A stretch of DNA of 27,609 bases from Gammaproteobacteria bacterium (GTDB lineage: Bacteria; Pseudomonadota; Gammaproteobacteria; Tenderiales; Tenderiaceae): positions 1-27,609 of the forward strand of contig JAJRWO010000050.1 in assembly GCA_024276775.1 (NCBI GenBank). The letters run 5' to 3'. How positions within the stretch are numbered: position 1 is the first letter of the stretch; each line of letters begins with the position of its first letter. The notes beneath the pieces were generated by a model that was not told the origin of the DNA, did not search any database, and saw only the letters and a program-made list of their open reading frames with translations. Of this stretch, positions 20,656 through 27,609 are shown piece by piece. The position numbers were made by a program, and so were the translations under genes.

Positions 20656-22743
20656 ATGAGTGATTTTAACTTTATTTTGAATCCTGGTGCCTGGGGTTAT
20701 GGTCTTGCGGCGCTGTGTTATCTGGTTCTGGCGTTGTTATTGTTAACCAGTTGGCGTGGCCGTATACAGGGCGGTTTGTTGTTGGCTGTTTGCTTGTTGT
20801 CGGCTGTCTGGGCCGCGACCTTGTCGTATTCATTAAGTCATAATTTACCGCTTTCAATTATTCATATCATACTGGAGTTGTTGCGTGATGGTGCGGTATT
20901 ACTGTTCCTTTATAAAGTGCTCACTATTGATATTGATGGCAGCAAATCTGATCTAGTGGGTGCACGGTTTAAGAGCCTGGGTTACGCAATTACTATTGTT
21001 TGGCTGTTGTTGTTTTTACTGCATATAACCAGTTGGTTGATGGGGCTGTCGTTGTTGGAGCTACTTGGTTATGACCCGCGTCTAGCGGGCCACCTAGTGT
21101 TGGCACTGGCAGGACTGGTGTTGATTGAACAATTGTTTCGTAATACGCCACCTCAGCAACGCTGGGCGATTAAGTACCTCTGTTTAGGTTTGGGCAGTTT
21201 GTTTGCCTATGACTTTTACCTCTATTCTAATGCGGTATTATTCCAGGGGCTGAACTCCCAGTTATGGGATGCGCGTGGCTTTATTCATTTGTTGGTGGTG
21301 CCTTTGATTGCGGTATCTGCCGCCCGCAATCCTCAGTGGTCGCTGGAAATCTTTGTCTCTCGCCGGGTCGTATTTCATAGTGCCGCGGTGTTGGGGGCAG
21401 GGGTTTATTTGTTACTGATGGCTTTGGGTGGTTATGCCATTCGTTATTTTGGCGGCAGTTGGGGCAACTTGTTTCAGGTAATCTTTTTATTTGGCTCTGG
21501 GTTGATGTTATTTTCCTTGATGTTTTCAGGGCAGATGCGAGCGCAGGTGCGGGTCTTTCTGAGTAAACACTTTTTTAACTACAAGTATGATTATCGCGAT
21601 GAATGGTTGAAATTCATCGGTGCGCTTGCCAATGAAGAGCCAGGCCCAGGCCTGGGTGAGCATGTATTACAAGCGATGGCTGATATTGTTGATAGTCCAG
21701 GTGGTATGTTATGGGTTTATGATAATGACATGGCCCGGTTTGAGTTGGGGGTAGGGTCGAATGCGACGGCTATCTCAATGATTTCTGCTGACGACCCCTT
21801 TGTTATCTATCTTCAGCAAAAAGAATGGTTGTTTGATCTGAATGAATTTAACAGCACCCCTGAGGTCTACGAGGGGCTGGAGTTGCCAGAGTGGTTGGTT
21901 GCAGTTGAGCGTGCCTGGCTGGTGATTCCATTATTTCAAAATAAACGCCTGACAGGGTTAATGTTGCTGTTACAGCCTCGTGCAGCGAGGCAGATAAACT
22001 GGGAAGATCGGGATCTGTTAAAGACGGTCGCGACTCAGGCCGCCAGCTATTTGGCTTTATCACAGGCGAGTACCGAGCTGGCGAATGCACGCCAGTTTGA
22101 AGCATTTAACAGGTTGTCGGCTTATGTGGTACATGACCTCAAAAATGTCATAGGCCAACTATCATTGGTAGTGACCAATTCAAAGAAGTTTGGTCAGCGG
22201 CAGGAATTCGTTGATGACGCCTTTGCAACGGTGGAAAATTCAGTGAACAAGATGCAGAAAATGTTGGCGCAATTACGCCAAGGGCATGCGACACAACAGA
22301 GTTTCACTGCTGTCAAGTTGCAGCCGATAATTGATGCTGTTATTCAGCAGTGTTCGGAAAAAAGACCTGTGCCAGTGCTGGCGAATGCAGATGCACGGTT
22401 AAGCGTGATTGCGGAACAAGACCGGCTGGCGGCAGTTATTGAGCATGTGCTGCAGAATGCTCAGGAAGCGACCGCTGTGGATGGCAATATAGTTTTGAGG
22501 TTGACTTCAAACGCTCAAAATGCTGTGATCGAAATTGAAGACAGTGGTACGGGAATGGACGAGCAGTTTGTTCGCGAACGCCTGTTTCGCCCCTTCGATA
22601 CGACCAAGGGCAATGCCGGCATGGGAATAGGTGCCTACGAATGTCGCGAGTTTATGCGTGAGTTGGGGGGTGAGGTGCGGGTCAAGAGTAAACCGGGTGT
22701 GGGCACAGTGTTTCAACTGTATATCCCTAAGGTTCTGGGTTAA
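20656..22743 (+). CDS. prsK: PEP-CTERM system histidine kinase
   Basis: Multi-TM N-terminus with LIEQLFRN, KYLCLGLG, YDFYLYS, SRRVVFHS and KHFFNYKYDYRDEW; GAF-like middle; H-box AYVVHDLKN; HATPase NAQEA, DSGTGM, FDTTK..GMGIGAY. Confidence 0.93.
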   Translation: MSDFNFILNPGAWGYGLAALCYLVLALLLLTSWRGRIQGGLLLAVCLLSAVWAATLSYSLSHNLPLSIIHIILELLRDGAVLLFLYKVLTIDIDGSKSDLVGARFKSLGYAITIVWLLLFLLHITSWLMGLSLLELLGYDPRLAGHLVLALAGLVLIEQLFRNTPPQQRWAIKYLCLGLGSLFAYDFYLYSNAVLFQGLNSQLWDARGFIHLLVVPLIAVSAARNPQWSLEIFVSRRVVFHSAAVLGAGVYLLLMALGGYAIRYFGGSWGNLFQVIFLFGSGLMLFSLMFSGQMRAQVRVFLSKHFFNYKYDYRDEWLKFIGALANEEPGPGLGEHVLQAMADIVDSPGGMLWVYDNDMARFELGVGSNATAISMISADDPFVIYLQQKEWLFDLNEFNSTPEVYEGLELPEWLVAVERAWLVIPLFQNKRLTGLMLLLQPRAARQINWEDRDLLKTVATQAASYLALSQASTELANARQFEAFNRLSAYVVHDLKNVIGQLSLVVTNSKKFGQRQEFVDDAFATVENSVNKMQKMLAQLRQGHATQQSFTAVKLQPIIDAVIQQCSEKRPVPVLANADARLSVIAEQDRLAAVIEHVLQNAQEATAVDGNIVLRLTSNAQNAVIEIEDSGTGMDEQFVRERLFRPFDTTKGNAGMGIGAYECREFMRELGGEVRVKSKPGVGTVFQLYIPKVLG

Positions 22744-22783
22744 TTAGCCCGTGGGGAATTTTGAACAAATGGGGAAATAAGCA

Positions 22784-24148
22784 TTGAGTCGTTCCAAGCA
22801 AGAGCAAAAAAAGATATTGGTCGTCGAGGATGATCCTGGTCTGCAGAGCCAGATGCGCTGGTGTTTTGACGGTTACGAGGTTTTAATCGCAAGCGATCGT
22901 CCTGAGGCGATCAATCTACTGCGGCGTCATGAACCAGCGGTTGTGCTGTTGGACTTGGGTTTGCCGCCTGATCCTGAAAACGCCTCTGAAGGGTTGGCAG
23001 CGTTGGATGAAATTCTGGTGTTGGTACCCGCCACAAAAGTGATTGTGATAACGGGCAATGATGAACGTGAAAATGCAGTTAAAGCCATTGCCAAAGGGGC
23101 CTATGACTTTTATCAAAAACCGGTTGATTCTGATGTATTGGGGATGTTAGTTGAACGGGCCTATTATCTTTATGAATTAGAGCAGGAAAACCGTAAGCTC
23201 ATGATGCAGACGAGTGCATCAACAATTCATGGCTTGATTGCATCGAGTCCACAAATGCTCAAGGTGTGCCGCACCATTGAAAAAATTGCTCCAACAGGGG
23301 TGACAACCTTGTTATTAGGCGAAAGTGGTACAGGGAAAGAGGTTATTTCACGTGCGTTGCATCGTCTGAGCGATAGGTCTAAACTGCCATTTGTTGCTAT
23401 AAATTGTGGTGCAATCCCTGAAACATTGCTGGAAAGTGAGTTGTTTGGTTATGAAAAAGGGGCTTTTACCGGCGCCGCCAAACAAACCAAAGGCAAAATT
23501 GAATATGCGGATGGGGGCACCCTTTTTCTGGATGAAATCGGCGATATCCCTCAGTTGCTACAAGTCAAACTGCTGCGTTTCCTGCAAGAACGGGTGATAG
23601 AGCGCTTGGGGGGGCGAAGTGAAATTCCTGTGGATGTGCGGGTGATCTGTGCGACCAATCAAAACCTGATGCAACAGGTAAACGAAGGCCATTTTCGTGA
23701 AGACCTTTATTACCGCATTAGCGAAATTACGATTAATATTCCTCCACTGCGTGAGCGTGATGGTGATGCCTTGTTATTAGCTAAGGTTATTCTGGCGCGT
23801 TTTGCTAACGAGCATGGGCGTAATTTAAGGGGGTTTACGGAAGATGGTGCAGCGGCTATTCAAAACTATTCCTGGCCAGGCAATGTGCGTGAGATGGAAA
23901 ATCGTGTCAAGCGGGCGGTGATCATGGTTGACGGTAATAGTGTTAATGCTGAAGACCTGGAGCTTGAAACTGTCGATGGCCGGGACGCAACACCCTTGAA
24001 TCTGCGTGAAGTCAGGGAACAGGCCGAAAGGACAGCCATAGCGAAGGCCGTCAACATGTTTGATAATAATATTTCACAGGCTGCTGAGGCGCTTGGCGTG
24101 AGCCGACCGACCTTATATGGTCTAATGAATAAGTATGCTTTGAAGTAA
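22784..24148 (+). CDS. prsR: PEP-CTERM-box response regulator (receiver + sigma54 AAA+ + Fis-type HTH)
   Basis: VEDDPGLQSQMRW, LLDLGLPPDP, GAYDFYQKP, GESGTGKE, ESELFGYEKGAFTGA, FLDEIGD, FREDLYYR, WPGNVRE and ALGVSRPTLY. TTG start with GGGGA 8 nt upstream. Confidence 0.94.
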   Translation: MSRSKQEQKKILVVEDDPGLQSQMRWCFDGYEVLIASDRPEAINLLRRHEPAVVLLDLGLPPDPENASEGLAALDEILVLVPATKVIVITGNDERENAVKAIAKGAYDFYQKPVDSDVLGMLVERAYYLYELEQENRKLMMQTSASTIHGLIASSPQMLKVCRTIEKIAPTGVTTLLLGESGTGKEVISRALHRLSDRSKLPFVAINCGAIPETLLESELFGYEKGAFTGAAKQTKGKIEYADGGTLFLDEIGDIPQLLQVKLLRFLQERVIERLGGRSEIPVDVRVICATNQNLMQQVNEGHFREDLYYRISEITINIPPLRERDGDALLLAKVILARFANEHGRNLRGFTEDGAAAIQNYSWPGNVREMENRVKRAVIMVDGNSVNAEDLELETVDGRDATPLNLREVREQAERTAIAKAVNMFDNNISQAAEALGVSRPTLYGLMNKYALK

Positions 24149-24201
24149 TTACTTGAAAATTGCCTTCTTGCCAAATGAAAAATGATGAATGGGAGTTATA
24201 A

Positions 24202-26961
24202 ATGAAAAGTTTTAGTTTCAGTCTTCTCTTTAGTGGATTGGTGTTAATAACACCGTTGCCTGCTTTATCGGCAGATGTTGATGCTTATCTCGGTAAAGCC
24301 ACTGGTTATATTTCCCAGCAGGATTATAACTCGGCAATCATTGAGCTTAAAAATGCATTGCAGCAAGAGCCTAATCATGCTGAGGCACGATTTTTGTTAG
24401 GCAAAACGTATGTCCAGTCTGGAAATGGGGCGTCAGCAGAAAAAGAGTTGCGCAAGGCATTGGAACTCGGGCTAGCGGCTGAAAAAGGCATGCCACTGCT
24501 CGGGCGGGCTTACCTCATGCAGGGTAAATCTAAAGAAGCGTTGTCTGAGGTTGAATTGGCTGACAATGCTGCGGTTGAGGCGCGTGCCAAAGTAAAGGTG
24601 GTACATGGTAATGCCCAGCTACTTCAGCAATCGTTTGAAGAGGCTGCGAATGCCTATGAGTCAGCCTTGGTTTTGGTGCCTGATTTTTCCGGTGCGCTTT
24701 TGGGTATGGCCAGGCTGGCTGTCAACTCAGATGACAATGCCAAAGCAGAAGCATATGTGGATAAGGTGCTGGCAGCGGATGCGGAAGATGTGGATGCGTT
24801 GGTTCTCAAAGGTGAGCTACTTCGCCGCCAAGCCAAGCATGCAGATGCATTAGTGGCATTTTCTCAGGCCAGCAAACTTCGTCCTCAAAACCTGCAAGCG
24901 TTACTGGGTAAGGCGATGGCTGAAGTTGCCTTACGACAATTTGACTCGGCAGCAAAAGATCTGGAGCAGGTCCTTAAGCGTGTGCCAATGCATCCCATGG
25001 CCAATTATTTTCAAGCGGTTGTTTATTTTCAGCAGCAAAAATTAGATAACGCTAAAGATGCTCTGAACAAGGTGTTACAGGTTGTGCCCAGTCACCCGCA
25101 GAGCCAGTTGTTGTTGGGAATGACAAGTTATCAGTTGGATGAGCTTGAACAAGCTGAGTATCAACTCGGTCGTTTTGTTGCTGCAATACCAGGCCATGTC
25201 CCGGGTCGTAAAGTGTTGGCGGCCATTTATCTCAAACTGAAGCAACCACAGCAGGCGATAGAAACCTTGGATGTGGTCAGTCATGGCAGTTCAGATGCTC
25301 AGTTACTGGCGCTGCTGGGAACTGCATACCTGCATGTTGGCAATAATGAGAAGGGTACAGAACATTTACAGAAAGCAGCTGAGCTAGCGCCGGATATGGC
25401 ATCTATTCGTGCCCAGCTGGCACTTGGCCGATTGGTTTCAGGGGAAAATGAGGCGGCGGTCAGTAACCTGGAAATGGCCATAGACCTTGATGAGGGAATG
25501 GCCATGGCGGATATGCTGTTGGTCTATAGTCACATAAAATCAAAGCAGTTTGATAAGGCGATTGCAGCAGCGCAGGCGTTGGTGAAAAAACAGCCTGACA
25601 GTCCAGTGGCATTAAATATACTCGGTGTTAGTTATGGCAATGCAGGCAAAAATACAGAGGCTAAGGCGCAGTTTGAAAAGGCACTGAAAAAAGAGCCCAA
25701 ATTTGCTGCAGCTTATATGGGGTTGGCGCAACTGGCGTTACAGAGTGGTGATTCAGCACAGGCAACTGATTATTATCAGCAGTTGCTCAAGGTTGATGAC
25801 TCTCATCTGGGAGCGATGCTGGCGTTGGCTCGTTTGACTGAAGCTGCTGGTGACCGAAACGCAGCCCTGGACTGGGTTGAAAAAGCGCGCCAGGCGAATC
25901 CAAAATCTTTAGATCCGATGCTGCTGCTTGCCAATGCATACTTGATTCAGGGTGAGCCAATGAAGGCGCTCACAGTGGCAAGAGAGGCAGCCGATGCCCA
26001 TCCGAAGCATTCGCTAGCGAAAGCAATGCTGGGTAAGGCGCAGCTCGCAAATGGGAATTTTAGCAATGCAATATCTACTTTTCAACGCCTGGTAAATTCA
26101 CGCCCTGACTCTGCTCAGTTTTTGATTTTATTGACCGAGGCGCAGATAAAGGCCTCTAAACTTGAGGCAGCAACCGACACCTTGACATCAGCCTTGGCTC
26201 TGAATGAGGATTTAGTTGACGCCAAAATTATGCTTGCGCGCATAAATATTCAATTAAAACAGTATCCGCAAGCCAAACAGTTGGCTGATCAGGTGATTGT
26301 TAAATATCCTGACTCTTCGGTTGGCTATGAACTGATGGGCGATCAATATCTGGCCCAAAACAAGAATCAGCTGGCTGAAGAATCTTATTCAAAAGCCTTT
26401 TCGAAAAAAATGACAGGGTCTAATGTCGTGAAACTGTATCGAATTCGAAGCCAACTGGGTTTGGATGATACGTTGGTGCCACTGGAGCAATGGTTGAAAG
26501 CGCATCCCGACGATGTATCAGTACGGCTTATGATGGCTATGGGGTATCAGAAAGCGGGTGATTTCAAAAGTGGAATTGAGCACTATGCAATTGTGTTACA
26601 GCACCAGCCTGAAAATATTGCTGCGTTGAATAATATTGCCTGGTTATACCAGCAAGCAGGTGATAGCAAAGCATTAAAGTATGCCAAAGAGGTTCAGGTT
26701 CTGGCTCCAGAGAATCCTGCTGTTATGGATACTGTCGGCTGGATATACATAGAGAACGGTAAAATCAACGATGGCCTGGTGTTATTGCAAGAAGCTAGGG
26801 CTAAGGCACCGCATATCGCTGAAATCAGTTATCACCTTGCGATGGCATTAGAAAAAGCGGGGCGTGTAGGTGAAGCGCGCAAAGAGTTAAATCGCTTGTT
26901 AAGAGATTTTGAAACATTTGAAGGCCGTAGTGAGGCCGAAGCACTGTTGCAGCGGCTTTAA
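24202..26961 (+). CDS. prsT: PEP-CTERM system TPR-repeat protein
   Basis: 919 aa all-TPR protein with the PrsT-type N-terminus SAIIELKNALQQEP..AEARFLLGKTY and C-terminal ALNNIAW...DTVGW...YHLAMAL. It follows prsK-prsR in the canonical order. GGGAG RBS. Confidence 0.9.
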   Translation: MKSFSFSLLFSGLVLITPLPALSADVDAYLGKATGYISQQDYNSAIIELKNALQQEPNHAEARFLLGKTYVQSGNGASAEKELRKALELGLAAEKGMPLLGRAYLMQGKSKEALSEVELADNAAVEARAKVKVVHGNAQLLQQSFEEAANAYESALVLVPDFSGALLGMARLAVNSDDNAKAEAYVDKVLAADAEDVDALVLKGELLRRQAKHADALVAFSQASKLRPQNLQALLGKAMAEVALRQFDSAAKDLEQVLKRVPMHPMANYFQAVVYFQQQKLDNAKDALNKVLQVVPSHPQSQLLLGMTSYQLDELEQAEYQLGRFVAAIPGHVPGRKVLAAIYLKLKQPQQAIETLDVVSHGSSDAQLLALLGTAYLHVGNNEKGTEHLQKAAELAPDMASIRAQLALGRLVSGENEAAVSNLEMAIDLDEGMAMADMLLVYSHIKSKQFDKAIAAAQALVKKQPDSPVALNILGVSYGNAGKNTEAKAQFEKALKKEPKFAAAYMGLAQLALQSGDSAQATDYYQQLLKVDDSHLGAMLALARLTEAAGDRNAALDWVEKARQANPKSLDPMLLLANAYLIQGEPMKALTVAREAADAHPKHSLAKAMLGKAQLANGNFSNAISTFQRLVNSRPDSAQFLILLTEAQIKASKLEAATDTLTSALALNEDLVDAKIMLARINIQLKQYPQAKQLADQVIVKYPDSSVGYELMGDQYLAQNKNQLAEESYSKAFSKKMTGSNVVKLYRIRSQLGLDDTLVPLEQWLKAHPDDVSVRLMMAMGYQKAGDFKSGIEHYAIVLQHQPENIAALNNIAWLYQQAGDSKALKYAKEVQVLAPENPAVMDTVGWIYIENGKINDGLVLLQEARAKAPHIAEISYHLAMALEKAGRVGEARKELNRLLRDFETFEGRSEAEALLQRL

Positions 26962-26994
26962 ACAGGGGTAAACTTATCGTTGTATAAATTGTTT

Positions 26995-27033
26995 GAGACC
27001 TTTACATGACAAAAATTTTCGTGTGAAGGTCTC
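26995..27033 (+). other. Long stem-loop / DNA palindrome 33 nt after the prsT stop
   Basis: GAGACCTTTACATGA (26995-27009) pairs with TCGTGTGAAGGTCTC (27019-27033): 15 contiguous pairs with 2 G-U. There is no U-tract. Confidence 0.55.
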
Positions 27034-27305
27034 TATGCAAATGATTGAAAATGATTGTTCAAATAACAAAATAGCGGTGTTCAGTGTGGCTTGTTTTGTC
27101 CCTTCTCTGTTAATGTCTGATGGCACATTGGGTCGGATGCATTGAGGCAGATTCCTTGGTGATGAGTGTCATATCACCTGAACCATCTTTTTTCTCTACT
27201 ATTTCAATCTGTTACGCCTTAAGTAAGTGCCATTCGAATCTGCCCCTGTTTATCTGCTTCAACTGATACGTTCAAGTGTGGCCGGAAATGCAGGCATTTT
27301 TTTAT

Positions 27306-27609
27306 TCATTTGTTCAGCTTTCTTTTTGCCATCTGCGGTGTCAGTTTGGCCGCCTGGGTTAATGCGTCCAAGGTGTGTTGGCGAAGATTGAGCTTGCCGC
27401 TACTGTTTTCCCAGCGACTTACTGTCGGTGGGCTTACACCCAGTAACACTGAAAATTGGGCGTTATTCATTTCAAATTGTTTGCGTAAACGGCGAACGGT
27501 TGCTGCGGTTGGCGCAAACGGTTTTTTCTTTGTCTTTGTTGTCTTCTTTTTAGCCGCTTTTTTGAGCGTTTTTTTACCCACAGTTGCTTTTTTACGGCGT
27601 GGTTTGACG
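27306..27609 (-). CDS. 3' part of a protein with a Lys/Ala-rich low-complexity segment and a C-terminal XRE-type helix-turn-helix; runs off the window end
   Basis: The frame is open from the window edge: ...VKPRRKKATVGKKTLKKAAKKKTTKTKKKPFAPT, then VRRLRKQFEMNNAQFSVLLGVSPPTVSRWEN (the HTH_3/XRE pattern 'xQFAxLLGVSxxTVxRWE'). The GTG at 27581 in the ORF track is probably not the real start. Confidence 0.75.
   Translation of the reverse strand, partial: VKPRRKKATVGKKTLKKAAKKKTTKTKKKPFAPTAATVRRLRKQFEMNNAQFSVLLGVSPPTVSRWENSSGKLNLRQHTLDALTQAAKLTPQMAKRKLNK

Noticed and set aside
27035-27145. 36-codon plus-strand ORF (MQMIENDC...RMH) after prsT, considered as a small PEP-CTERM protein
   Set aside because: No RBS, no signal peptide, and no VPEP-TM-basic tail.
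27278-27305. Terminator-like GCC...GGC followed by a T-tract near the HTH gene stop
   Set aside because: The stem is only 3-5 bp, and the T-tract is on the strand opposite to the HTH gene.

Overview
A chromosomal, mostly housekeeping window, probably from a gammaproteobacterium; the gene set is compatible with a chemolithoautotroph (inference). In order it holds: (i) the 5' stub of a probable 2Fe-2S-domain gene, sbcB, a DUF4126 membrane protein and a UPF0149/SEC-C protein; (ii) the methyl-cycle cluster metK-ahcY-metF on the minus strand, with a clear SAH riboswitch behind an internal sigma70 promoter and a REP-like doublet between ahcY and metF; (iii) a divergent tkt-gap-pgk-pyk-fba central-carbon cluster with stem-loops at most gene junctions and a Fur-like box before pyk; (iv) a UDP-uronic acid precursor operon tviB-uge-ugd on the minus strand; (v) divergently, the XrtA/PEP-CTERM regulatory module (TIGR03013-type sugar transferase, prsK, prsR, prsT), preceded by a stand-alone cyclic-nucleotide-binding protein; (vi) a 5'-truncated gene for a Lys/Ala-rich protein ending in an XRE-type HTH. 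No transposase, integrase, tRNA, rRNA or CRISPR array was seen. The best novelty candidate is the HTH-less cNMP sensor at the head of the PEP-CTERM/exopolysaccharide module, together with the structured 555-bp divergent intergenic region. All family assignments come from motif recognition by eye; no searches were run.
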